A stretch of 64,000 bases of DNA from positions 158,594 through 222,593 of the forward strand of contig JAYONB010000003.1 in NCBI GenBank assembly GCA_038121105.1, in the 5' to 3' direction. Positions 55,063 to 64,000 of this stretch are shown here, in pieces. Origin of the DNA: Alphaproteobacteria bacterium. Its GTDB lineage: Bacteria > Pseudomonadota > Alphaproteobacteria > SHVP01. Under the pieces are notes generated by a model that ran no database searches, was not told the origin of the DNA, and was given only the letters and a program-made list of their open reading frames with translations. The position numbers were made by a program, and so were the translations under genes. Numbering within the stretch: the stretch's first letter is position 1; the number at the start of each line of letters is the position of its first letter.

Positions 55063-55568
55063 TCGCCGCCCTCCCACAGGCCGTGCCGGCGGTGCCACTC
55101 TTCCAGCGATTCGTCGGGGTAACCGGGAAAATGGGTATGGCCCACGCCAGACGGCACTTCGACCCAGGGCGCCTTGTAATCCAACATGATGTGCACCGTT
55201 TCGGGCGGCGTCGGCAGCGGCGTATCGATGACCCCGGCAAAGGGATGCACCAGTTCCGGCCATTCCGGGCTGTAGACCCAAAGGGCGGTGCCGCAGGCCA
55301 CGCAATAGGCGCGCAACGCGGAGCTCGGCTCGCCCTCGGGCGCGCCCGCACCGCGTTCGGTGAGTCGCTTTTCGACTTGGTACGACTTGGCGTGTTCGCC
55401 GCCGTGAATCCGTAAGGTATCGAACTGGCCCGACAAGTTGATGCCATAGCCGCCCGAGCCCGCGGTCTTGCGACAGACCGAGCAATAGCACCGCATGTAG
55501 GGCACGGGCCCATGGGACTCCACCGAAAAGCGGACCTTGCCGCAGTGACAGCTGCCGTCGAGTTTCAT
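55059..55568 (-). CDS. GFA/CENP-V family zinc-binding protein
   Basis: GSCHCG, CYCSVCRK, CVACG cysteine pattern. Confidence 0.88.
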   Translation of the reverse strand: MKLDGSCHCGKVRFSVESHGPVPYMRCYCSVCRKTAGSGGYGINLSGQFDTLRIHGGEHAKSYQVEKRLTERGAGAPEGEPSSALRAYCVACGTALWVYSPEWPELVHPFAGVIDTPLPTPPETVHIMLDYKAPWVEVPSGVGHTHFPGYPDESLEEWHRRHGLWEGGE

Positions 55569-55647
55569 ACTGTTGCCCTATCGTTGCTTGCGCGCGCGGT
55601 CATCGTATCGAGGCCAGCGCGCTACGCCAATGACAGGGGAGTGAGCG

Positions 55648-56358
55648 TTGCCGAGCGTTTTCGTCACCGGCGCCAATCGTGGCCTAGGGTTGGAGTTCGT
55701 GCGCCAATACAGCGCCGACGGCTGGCGGGTGCTGGCCGGCTGCCGCGCGCCCGATCAAGCCACCGCGCTGAACGAAATCGCCGACGCGTCCAACGGCAAA
55801 ACCACGCTGCATGCAATCGATGTGGCGGATCGCGCGGGTGTGCAGGCGCTGGCCTCTACCATCGACGAACCCATCGATATCTTGATCAACAATGCCGGGC
55901 AGATGGAAGGCTGGGACGAAGGGTTCGGCGCCATCGACTACGACAAATGGGATCGCATACTGCGCACCAACCTGTTCGGGCCGGCCTGGGTCTCTCACGC
56001 CTTTGCGCCGCATGTGGAAAAAAGCGCGCGCCGGTTGATCGCCATGATGACATCCGGCCTGGGTAGCCTCGCCGACAATCGCGACGGCGCCCGCAATCCG
56101 GCAGGCAAGCTTTACATGTACCGATCGAGCAAAGCCGGTCTCAACATGTTGGTAAGTAAGCTGGCGGCCGATCTGAAGGAGCGCGGCATCACGGTCGTCG
56201 CCATGGGCCCGGGACACGTTCAAACCGACATGGGCGGCCCAACCGCACAGCTGATGCCCGAAGAAAGCATCGGCGCGGTGCGCAACGTGCTGGCGGCGCG
56301 CACTGTCGCCGATACGGGCCGGTATTACTTCTATACGGGGGACGAGTACCCGTGGTGA
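55648..56358 (+). CDS. CsgA/Sniffer-like SDR oxidoreductase 1
   Basis: TGANRGLG, NNAG, YRSSK, PGHVQTDMGG, C-terminal PW. Confidence 0.9.
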   Translation: MPSVFVTGANRGLGLEFVRQYSADGWRVLAGCRAPDQATALNEIADASNGKTTLHAIDVADRAGVQALASTIDEPIDILINNAGQMEGWDEGFGAIDYDKWDRILRTNLFGPAWVSHAFAPHVEKSARRLIAMMTSGLGSLADNRDGARNPAGKLYMYRSSKAGLNMLVSKLAADLKERGITVVAMGPGHVQTDMGGPTAQLMPEESIGAVRNVLAARTVADTGRYYFYTGDEYPW

Positions 56359-56371
56359 CGTCGAGGCGGAT

Positions 56372-57046
56372 ATGCCGACCATATTGATCACCGGCGCCAA
56401 CCGCGGGATCGGTTTGGAATGCGCACGGCAATTCGCCGCCGACGGTTGGACCGTGCTGGGCTGTTGCCGTAAACCCGAGGCGGCAACCGAGTTAGCCGCC
56501 ATCGACGGCGTGACCGTCCACGCCCTTGATGTGACCGATATGGCTTCCGTCGACCGTCTCGCGACGGCAATTTCCGACCCCATCGATGTGCTGCTGAACA
56601 ACGCAGGCCAAAGCCCACGACCTCGAATCACGTTCGGCAGCATGGACTATGACCGATGGGCGGATTTGTTCGCGGTGAATACGTTGGCGCCGTTCAAGAT
56701 GATCGAAGCGTTTCACGATCATCTGCGACGATCGGACCTCAAGACCGTCACCAACGTTTCCAGCATCATGGGCTCGATCGAGGATACCAGCGGCGACCAT
56801 GTGCCCTATCGCTCGACCAAAGCCGCCCTCAACATGGTGACCAAAGCGCTGTCGGGTGACCTCGCGTCCGATAACATCATCGTCTTCAGCATTCATCCGG
56901 GCTGGGTGCGGACCGACATGGGCGGCCCGAGCGCCGCGGTTTCGCCCGAGGACAGCGCCGCCGGTATCAAGAAGGCGATCGAGAATGCCGACGCGAACGC
57001 GAGCGGCAAGTTCTTCAATTGGACCGGCGAGACATTACCGTGGTGA
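56372..57046 (+). CDS. CsgA/Sniffer-like SDR oxidoreductase 2
   Basis: TGANRGIG, NNAG, YRSTK, HPGWVRTDMGG, C-terminal PW. Confidence 0.9.
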   Translation: MPTILITGANRGIGLECARQFAADGWTVLGCCRKPEAATELAAIDGVTVHALDVTDMASVDRLATAISDPIDVLLNNAGQSPRPRITFGSMDYDRWADLFAVNTLAPFKMIEAFHDHLRRSDLKTVTNVSSIMGSIEDTSGDHVPYRSTKAALNMVTKALSGDLASDNIIVFSIHPGWVRTDMGGPSAAVSPEDSAAGIKKAIENADANASGKFFNWTGETLPW

Positions 57047-57050
57047 CGCC

Positions 57051-57767
57051 ATGACCAGCATGTTGATCACCGGTGCCAATCGCGGACTTGGATTGGACTT
57101 CGTGCGGCGGCTCGCGCCCGAGGGGTGGCGTATTCACGCCTGTTGCAGAAACCCCGCCAAAGCGACCGATCTCCAAGCCTTGGCCGATACGCACGATGTG
57201 ACGATCCACGCGCTGGATGTCTCCGATTTCGCGCAGATCGACGCATTGAAGAAGACGCTGGGCAAAGAGCCCATCGACGTGCTGTTCAACAATGCCGGCA
57301 TCATGGAGACCATCCAACGCACGCTGTCGCTCGACCACACCAACCAAATGTTCGACACGCTGGACGAAGACGAATGGATGGAGGTAATCCGCGTCAACAC
57401 CATGGCGCCGATGCGCATGTGCGAGGTCTTCGTCGACAACGTCGCGGCGAGCGAACGCAAACAAATGCTGATGATGTCGAGCATCGTCGGCAGCATCGGG
57501 AGCAACCAAACCGGTCGGTGGTACCACTACGCCACCTCCAAGACGGCCTTGAACATGGTGATGCGCAGCCTCGCTGCAGATCTGAAGGATCGGGGCATCA
57601 CCGTGATGTCCCAGCATCCGGGCTGGACGCAAACCGACATGGGCGGGCCTTCGGCGGCGCTGACGATCGACGAAAGCGTGGGCGGAATGGTCGAGGTGGT
57701 AAAGAACCTGACCCCCGCCGATAGCGGCCGGTTCATCGCCTGGAACGGCGAGGACGTGCCCTGGTAG
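57051..57767 (+). CDS. CsgA/Sniffer-like SDR oxidoreductase 3
   Basis: TGANRGLG, NNAG, YATSK, HPGWTQTDMGG, C-terminal PW. Confidence 0.9.
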   Translation: MTSMLITGANRGLGLDFVRRLAPEGWRIHACCRNPAKATDLQALADTHDVTIHALDVSDFAQIDALKKTLGKEPIDVLFNNAGIMETIQRTLSLDHTNQMFDTLDEDEWMEVIRVNTMAPMRMCEVFVDNVAASERKQMLMMSSIVGSIGSNQTGRWYHYATSKTALNMVMRSLAADLKDRGITVMSQHPGWTQTDMGGPSAALTIDESVGGMVEVVKNLTPADSGRFIAWNGEDVPW

Positions 57768-57823
57768 GAGAGCGGGAAACCGCCCCTGGGGGCGGTGACC
57801 TTACGGCGTTTCGCGGGCGCTAT

Positions 57824-59278
57824 TTGCGCACCATGCTGCTTTTGCTCGCGATGGACGTGGCGTTTCATGTGTTTTTCGGGTTGGTCACCCAGCGCTGGCT
57901 CATCGTGCTGAGCAACGTACCGTTGCAGGCGATCATGTTCCTGGGCGTGAACCTTGTGGGCGCCGGCATCATCTATCGTCCGATCGCCGATTTTATCGAG
58001 GGATCGGGTTCGCTTGATAAAGCGATTGGACGCATCCAAGACCTGCCGGTTCGCGCATCGTGGTTCGTCTTCGCGTTGGCCGTCCCGACGATGACGATCA
58101 ACGTGATCGCCATTCCAATGGTGTTCTTCCCCGACGACTTCGCGTTGATACCTATTGCAACCATTCTGACGCGGGTGGCGATCTGGTGCGTCCTGATGCC
58201 GTACTTCGTCTATTTCCTGGTGATGAACTTCACCGCCAATTTGCGCTTGGCGCTGTTCGAAACCCGCGGGATCGTGGTGCCGGCGCGACAAGGCCATGTC
58301 TTGGCGCGGCTCGCGGTCGCGTTCAGCGTCTCGGCCTTGCTGCCGGGCGTCGTGATGTTCATCGATTCGCTCGGCCTTGAAACGTTGGCCGCAACCCTAG
58401 GAATCGAACCCTATTTGATTTTGGGGAGCGACCTATTCGTCACGCTGATGATCTTCGTCGTCACGTTCCCGGTGATCGCGCGCACCATTCAGAACCCGAT
58501 CGGCAAGATGACCGCCGCGGTCGGCGCGCTTGAGAAAGGCGATTTGACCGCGAAAACCCCGGCCCAGACCGACGACGAACTGGGCAAGCTTGCAGAAGCC
58601 TATAACGACATGATCGACGGTTTGCGCGAACGCGAACTGGTGCGTGAGACGTTCGGCAGGTTTGTGAACCCGACGGTAGCCAAAACCATTTTGGAGCATC
58701 CCGAGCGATTGGGCGGCGAAGTGTCCGTCGCGACGGTCCTGTTCACCGACATCGAAGCCTTCACCACATTGACCGAGCCGATGGCGCCGACCGAGACCAT
58801 CGACTTGCTCAACGAATACTTCGAGGTGGTGATGGAACCGGTGAGCCGATACGGCGGGGTCATTACCAATTTCACCGGCGATTCGTTGCTCGCGGTGTTC
58901 AACGTGCCCGAACCCGACCCGGACCACGCAGCCAATGCGGTACGCGCGGCGCGCGGGATCGAACGCGCCTTGGCGGGGCGGACATTCGGCGCGGGTTTGA
59001 CGATGCGTACCCGAATAGGGATCAACACCGGCGATGTCGTGGCCGGCGCGGTCGGCGGCTCGGACCGGCTCGGCTACACGATCCTGGGCGACGCGGTGAA
59101 CCTCGCCGCGCGCCTCGAGCAGCTCAACAAGAACTACGGCTCCTTGATCATGGTGTCGGAGGAAACCGCACGACTGGCCGGCGACGAGTTTGCCTTCAAC
59201 CCCATCGGCGACATCATCGTAAAGGGCCGCGCCCAACCGGTCCGGGCGTTTACGCTCGACGTGGCCGGCGCTTCTTAA
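57824..59278 (+). CDS. Membrane class III nucleotide cyclase (about 6 TM, HAMP, cyclase domain)
   Basis: Hydrophobic N-terminus, HAMP (DDELGKLAEAYNDM), LFTDI, GD, RIGINTG, YTILGDAVNLAARLE. Start uncertain. Confidence 0.9.
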   Translation: MRTMLLLLAMDVAFHVFFGLVTQRWLIVLSNVPLQAIMFLGVNLVGAGIIYRPIADFIEGSGSLDKAIGRIQDLPVRASWFVFALAVPTMTINVIAIPMVFFPDDFALIPIATILTRVAIWCVLMPYFVYFLVMNFTANLRLALFETRGIVVPARQGHVLARLAVAFSVSALLPGVVMFIDSLGLETLAATLGIEPYLILGSDLFVTLMIFVVTFPVIARTIQNPIGKMTAAVGALEKGDLTAKTPAQTDDELGKLAEAYNDMIDGLRERELVRETFGRFVNPTVAKTILEHPERLGGEVSVATVLFTDIEAFTTLTEPMAPTETIDLLNEYFEVVMEPVSRYGGVITNFTGDSLLAVFNVPEPDPDHAANAVRAARGIERALAGRTFGAGLTMRTRIGINTGDVVAGAVGGSDRLGYTILGDAVNLAARLEQLNKNYGSLIMVSEETARLAGDEFAFNPIGDIIVKGRAQPVRAFTLDVAGAS

Positions 59279-59281
59279 CGG

Positions 59282-60217
59282 CTAGGTGGCGCCTCCCTCG
59301 AAAGGGAACTTCTCGCGCCAGTGGCGGGCGATGTCCTCGCGGGTGCAGACCCAAACGTCTTTGTGTTGCCGAACGTGCTCCAGGAACTTCTGCAGGGCGC
59401 GCGCACGGCCGGGTCGACCGATAACGCGCGGATGAAGACCGACCGACATCATGCGGGGATGCTCGGCCCCTTCTTCGTAGAAATAGTCGAAGGTGTCGCG
59501 CATGTAGTTGAAGAACTGGGTGCCTTCGGTGAAGCCGCCGGGCACGGTGAAGCGCATGTCGTTGACCTCGAGCGAGTACGGCAGGATCAACACGGGATAG
59601 CTTGAGTCTTCGACCCAATACGGCAAATCGTCGGCGTAGGAATCCGAATCGTAGATAAAGCCGCCCTCCTCCGCCGCCAAGCGCCGCGAGATCATGCTCA
59701 TGCGTCCCGCGAACCAGCCCACCGGGCGTTTGCCGGTCGTGTTGGTGATGGCTTCGATGGCGCGCCGCATGTGGTCGCGTTCCTCGGCTTCGGTCAGCGC
59801 GCCATGGTCGATCCAACGATAGCCATGCGTCGCAATCTCGTGGCCGGCATCGGCCATCGCCTTGGCAGCCACCGGATTGCGTTCCATCGCTTGGCCGCAA
59901 GCATAGACCGTGCAGCGCGCGTCATACCGTTCGAGCAGCCGCAAAATGCGCCAAATGCCGGCACGCGAGCCGTACTCGTAAATCGATTCGACCAGGAGGT
60001 TCCGCTTGCCCTCCAACGCTTGGAACGTCGGATGCCCCGGCACGTCGGTCATCAGACCTTCGGAATGCGCATCGCCATCCATGATGGTGTGCTCCGCGCC
60101 TTCCTCGTAGTTGATGACGAGATTGAGCGCGACGCGGGCGCCGCCGGGCCATTGCGGATCCGGCGGATTGGGCCCGTAGCCGTAGAGATCGCGTGGATAG
60201 TCGCTGGTTGCTGTCAT
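59282..60217 (-). CDS. PuuE-like allantoinase / polysaccharide deacetylase family
   Basis: YPRDL.GYG, WPGGAR, NYEEG, YEYGSRAG, HGYRW, DDLPYW, NDMRF, GRPGR. Confidence 0.82.
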   Translation of the reverse strand: MTATSDYPRDLYGYGPNPPDPQWPGGARVALNLVINYEEGAEHTIMDGDAHSEGLMTDVPGHPTFQALEGKRNLLVESIYEYGSRAGIWRILRLLERYDARCTVYACGQAMERNPVAAKAMADAGHEIATHGYRWIDHGALTEAEERDHMRRAIEAITNTTGKRPVGWFAGRMSMISRRLAAEEGGFIYDSDSYADDLPYWVEDSSYPVLILPYSLEVNDMRFTVPGGFTEGTQFFNYMRDTFDYFYEEGAEHPRMMSVGLHPRVIGRPGRARALQKFLEHVRQHKDVWVCTREDIARHWREKFPFEGGAT

Positions 60218-60265
60218 GCGTTAATCCTCCCCTTGGGCGAAGCTTAACGCGAATACGCGCGCGGA

Positions 60266-62905
60266 TCAGGCCCGATCGTAGCCGAGGTTGGGGGCGAGCC
60301 AGCGCTCGGCCTGCTCGACGGAAACACCGCGGCGGTCGGCGTAGTCTTCGACTTGGTCGCGCCCGATGCGGCCAAGGCCGAAATACTGCGAGTCCGGGTG
60401 GGAGAAGTAATAGCCCGACACCGAAGCGCCGGGCAGCATGGCGAAGTTTTCGGTTAGCGTGATCCCGGCGTTGTTGGTGGCGTCGAGCAATTCGAACAGC
60501 GCAGGCTTTTCGCTGTGGTCGGGACAGGCCGGGTAGCCCGGCGCCGGGCGAATACCGCGATAGGCTTCGCCGATCAACGCGTCGTTGTCGAGATCTTCGT
60601 CGGGCGCGTAGCCCCAGAATTCTTTGCGCACCCGTTCGTGCAATCGTTCGGCAAACGACTCTGCGAGCCGGTCGGCCAATGCCTGCAACATGATGCCGCT
60701 ATAGTCGTCATGCCCCGCCTTGAACTCGGCGAGCTTTTCGTCGATGCCCAACCCGGCAGTGACGGCAAAGCCGCCGATGTAGTCCGCAACGCCACTGTCT
60801 TTGGGGGCGATGAAGTCCGCCAGACAGAAATTCGTGCGCCCCGCGGACTTGCTCATTTGCTGGCGCAGGAAATGGACCGTTCGCAGCACCTCGGTGCGGC
60901 TTTCGTCGGTATAGATCTCGACGTCATCGCCCACCGCATTGGCCGGGAAGAAGCCGTATACCGCTCGCGCCGACAGCCACTGCTCGCCAACGAGACGCTG
61001 CAGCATCGACTGAGCGTCTTTGTAAAGGTCTCGGGCGGCGGACCCGATCACCTCGTCATCGAGGATCTTCGGATAAGTGCCGGCGAGCTCCCAGGTGCGG
61101 AAGAACGGCGTCCAGTCGATGTGCGAGGTCAATTCGGCGAGGTCGTAGTTCTCTAGCGCATGGACGCCCAGTACGTTGGGCTTGGGCGGCACGTAGTTCG
61201 ACCAATCTGCGGCGAAGCGGTTTTCCCGCGCCGCGGCGATGGGGTGTTGGTTGGCGCCCGAATCTCGGTTGCGATAGCGCTCGCGAACGGATTCGTATTC
61301 GGCCGCGATGTCGTTGACGTAGTCGTCTTTGCGGGTCTCGCTGGTCAGGTTGCTGGCCACCGCCACCGCGCGGGAGGCATCGAGCACATGAATTGCCGCA
61401 CCGCGTTTGTAGCCCGGCGCGATCTTGACCGCGGCATGGACCTTGGACGTGGTCGCCCCGCCGATCAGAAGGGGGATGTCGAACCCTTCGCGCTCCATTT
61501 CATGAGCTACCGTGACCATCTCGTCCAACGACGGCGTGATCAGGCCCGATAGGCCGATGATGTCGACGTTCTCCTTGCGCGCCGTTTCAAGGATGGTCTG
61601 GTAGGGCACCATGACGCCGAGATCGATGACCTCGAAGTTGTTGCATTGCAGAACCACGCCGACGATGTTTTTGCCGATGTCGTGCACATCGCCTTTGACG
61701 GTCGCCATCAGAATCTTGCCCTTGGCCTCGGCGCCGACTTCCTTCTCGGCCTCGATGAACGGCAGCAGGTGCGCGACGGCTTTTTTCATTACCCGAGCGC
61801 TTTTGACCACCTGAGGCAAGAACATCTTGCCCGACCCGAACAGATCGCCGACCACGTTCATCCCATCCATCAACGGCCCTTCGATGACTTGAATGGGTCG
61901 ATCGAACTCCTGGCGGGCTTCTTCGGTATCTTCGACGATGAAATCGGCGATGCCTTTGACGAGCGCGTGCGTCAGTCGTTCGCGGACCGGCGCCTCCCGC
62001 CACGACAGATCGGCAACCTGAACCTTGCCGCCCTTTGACCGATATTCCTCGGCGATGGTGAGCAGGCGATCCGTTGCGTCGTCGCGGCGGTTGAGGATGA
62101 CGTCTTCCACCGCATCGCGCAGATCTTTGGGGATCTCCTCATAGACCTCGAGCTGGCCGGCGTTAACGATCCCCATATCCATGCCCGCAGCAATCGCGTG
62201 ATACAGGAAGACCGAGTGCATGGCCTCCCGGACGGCGTTGTTGCCGCGAAAGGAGAACGACACGTTCGATACGCCACCGGAAACGTGGGCGTGCGGCAAT
62301 TCGGCCCGAATGCGCTTGGCCGCTTCGATGAACTCGATTCCGTAATTGTTGTGCTCTTCGATCCCAGTGGCCACGGCGAAGATGTTGGGGTCGAAGATGA
62401 TGTCCTCGGCCGGGAAACCAACCTCGCCCACCAGGATGTCGTAGCTGCGTTTGCAGATCTCGAATTTGCGGTCGGCGGTATCGGCTTGGCCGTCTTCGTC
62501 GAAGGCCATCACGACGACGGCCGCGCCGTAGCGGCGAATCTTTCTGGCTTGCTCGATGAAGGGCCCCTCGCCTTCTTTCAAGCTGATCGAATTGACGACC
62601 GCCTTGCCTTGGACGCATTTCAACCCTGCTTCGATTACCGACCACTTCGACGAATCGATCATGACCGGTACGCGACTGATCTCGGGTTCGGACGCGACGA
62701 GATTGAGGAAGGTGACCATCGCCTCCTCGGAGTCGAGCATGCCCTCGTCCATGTTGATGTCGATGATCTGAGCACCGCCTTCGACCTGCCCGCGGGCCAC
62801 CTCAAGCGCGGCATCGTAGTCGCCGTTGACGATCAGTTTACGGAACTTGGCGGAACCGGTGACGTTGGTACGCTCACCGATATTGACGAAATTAGCCGTG
62901 GTCAT
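60266..62905 (-). CDS. metH: B12-dependent methionine synthase, C-terminal part (pterin, cap, B12 and activation domains)
   Basis: [42 protein letters not shown]. Confidence 0.95.
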   Translation of the reverse strand: MTTANFVNIGERTNVTGSAKFRKLIVNGDYDAALEVARGQVEGGAQIIDINMDEGMLDSEEAMVTFLNLVASEPEISRVPVMIDSSKWSVIEAGLKCVQGKAVVNSISLKEGEGPFIEQARKIRRYGAAVVVMAFDEDGQADTADRKFEICKRSYDILVGEVGFPAEDIIFDPNIFAVATGIEEHNNYGIEFIEAAKRIRAELPHAHVSGGVSNVSFSFRGNNAVREAMHSVFLYHAIAAGMDMGIVNAGQLEVYEEIPKDLRDAVEDVILNRRDDATDRLLTIAEEYRSKGGKVQVADLSWREAPVRERLTHALVKGIADFIVEDTEEARQEFDRPIQVIEGPLMDGMNVVGDLFGSGKMFLPQVVKSARVMKKAVAHLLPFIEAEKEVGAEAKGKILMATVKGDVHDIGKNIVGVVLQCNNFEVIDLGVMVPYQTILETARKENVDIIGLSGLITPSLDEMVTVAHEMEREGFDIPLLIGGATTSKVHAAVKIAPGYKRGAAIHVLDASRAVAVASNLTSETRKDDYVNDIAAEYESVRERYRNRDSGANQHPIAAARENRFAADWSNYVPPKPNVLGVHALENYDLAELTSHIDWTPFFRTWELAGTYPKILDDEVIGSAARDLYKDAQSMLQRLVGEQWLSARAVYGFFPANAVGDDVEIYTDESRTEVLRTVHFLRQQMSKSAGRTNFCLADFIAPKDSGVADYIGGFAVTAGLGIDEKLAEFKAGHDDYSGIMLQALADRLAESFAERLHERVRKEFWGYAPDEDLDNDALIGEAYRGIRPAPGYPACPDHSEKPALFELLDATNNAGITLTENFAMLPGASVSGYYFSHPDSQYFGLGRIGRDQVEDYADRRGVSVEQAERWLAPNLGYDRA

Positions 62906-63966
62906 GCGCTGATCGAGACTGCTTCGAGACCGGAGAGACGCATCGCGGGCGCCACCTCCGGCAGTTGTCGCGGCGCGATGCCCGCCACGGCTTTGGCGAT
63001 GGCCGCGATGTGGCCCGGGCTGGTGCCGCAGCAGCCGCCCACGATATTGATGAGACCCGATTCGGCCCACTCCTTGATAAACGCCGAGGTTGTCTCGGGC
63101 GTTTCGTCGTATTCACCCATCGCATTGGGCAAGCCCGCATTGGGATAGCCGCAAATCCAGGTATCTGCGACACGCGATAGCGAGGCGAGATGGGGGCGGA
63201 TTTGTTCGGCCCCGAATGCGCAATTGATCCCGATGGTAAAGGGTCGCGCATGGCGCACCGAATGCCAAAACGCTTCGATCGTTTGACCCGACAAATTGCG
63301 CCCCGACAGATCGGTCAACGTGCCGGAAATCATTAGAGGCAAGCGTTCGCCGAGCTCGTCGAACAGTTCTTCCACGCCGAAGATCGCGGCTTTGGCGTTG
63401 AGCGTATCGAAAATGGTTTCGATCAACACAAGGTCGACTCCGCCTTCGACCAGAGCCGCGGTGGCGTCGCGATATGCCGTGCGCAACTCATCGAACGTCG
63501 TATTGCGATAGCCCGGACGATTGACGTCGGGCGATAGCGATGCCGTCCTATTGGTCGGACCGAGCGACCCGGCGACGAAACGCGGTTTGTCGGGGTTCTT
63601 TTCGGTGGCGGCGTCCGCTGCTTCCCGCGCGATCCGCGCGCCCTCACGATTAAGTTCAGGGACGAGGTCTTCCATGCCGTAGTCGGCCTGGGAGATCGTC
63701 GTGGAATTGAACGTATTGGTTTGAATTACGTCGGCGCCGGCTTCGAGATAGGCATCGTGAATCTCGCGCACGATCTGGGGCTGAGTGAGGTTCAACAGGT
63801 CGTTGTTGCCCTTCACGTCACGGTCGTAATCGGCAAAGCGTTCACCACGATAGCCCGCTTCGTCCAGGCTATAGGATTGGATCATCGTGCCCATCGCACC
63901 GTCGAGGACCAAGATGCGTTGCTGAATCGCTTCGTTGAGCTTGGCCAATCGGGCTTGCCGATTCAT
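62902..63966 (-). CDS. metH: Methionine synthase N-terminal homocysteine-binding module (split gene)
   Basis: [34 protein letters not shown]. Its stop overlaps the next ATG (ATGA). Confidence 0.93.
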   Translation of the reverse strand: MNRQARLAKLNEAIQQRILVLDGAMGTMIQSYSLDEAGYRGERFADYDRDVKGNNDLLNLTQPQIVREIHDAYLEAGADVIQTNTFNSTTISQADYGMEDLVPELNREGARIAREAADAATEKNPDKPRFVAGSLGPTNRTASLSPDVNRPGYRNTTFDELRTAYRDATAALVEGGVDLVLIETIFDTLNAKAAIFGVEELFDELGERLPLMISGTLTDLSGRNLSGQTIEAFWHSVRHARPFTIGINCAFGAEQIRPHLASLSRVADTWICGYPNAGLPNAMGEYDETPETTSAFIKEWAESGLINIVGGCCGTSPGHIAAIAKAVAGIAPRQLPEVAPAMRLSGLEAVSISA

Positions 63967-64000
63967 AAAACGTCTCCTGCCGGCGCCGCGCGCAAGCCAA

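Noticed and set aside
57779-57796. GC hairpin ACCGCCCC/GGGGCGGT after SDR3 as a terminator
   Set aside because: No T-tract on either strand. At most a pause or stability hairpin.
63967-64000. Cobalamin or SAM riboswitch upstream of metH
   Set aside because: Only 34 nt are visible, so it cannot be assessed.

Overview
GC-rich alphaproteobacterial chromosome segment. Rhodospirillales-like affinity is inferred from gene order and protein style, not from a search. The centre (about 18.6-44 kb, minus strand) is a complete division/cell-wall cluster: rnpB, then mraZ-rsmH-ftsL-ftsI-murE-murF-mraY-murD-ftsW-murG-murC-murB-ddl-ftsQ-ftsA-ftsZ-lpxC, an inverted XRE regulator, and bamD-recN-ligA. The left arm carries fumC (5'-truncated), an RHH protein, a long AsmA protein, acetolactate synthase, a DadA-like oxidoreductase, D-lactate dehydrogenase, a thioesterase, an exported pentapeptide-repeat protein, a ClC-CBS protein, uvrD, prmA, two DUF1127-type small proteins and aminopeptidase P. 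The right arm carries an amidase, two EamA exporters, djlA, 5-oxoprolinase, two paralogous PldB-like hydrolases flanking an MmgE/PrpD gene, PCD/DUF1330/GFA genes, three tandem CsgA-like SDRs, a membrane HAMP nucleotide cyclase, a PuuE-like gene and a split metH. I saw no tRNA, rRNA, CRISPR array, transposase or integrase. The best leads are: (i) a possible lipid-remodelling/signalling locus at 51-59 kb; (ii) two perfect alphaproteobacterial LexA boxes plus a palindrome and 10-bp-phased TGGGA repeats upstream of mraZ; (iii) an 8-codon mini-ORF with a perfect Shine-Dalgarno directly upstream of ftsZ; (iv) an XRE regulator inserted between lpxC and bamD. All functional calls are from motif recognition by eye.
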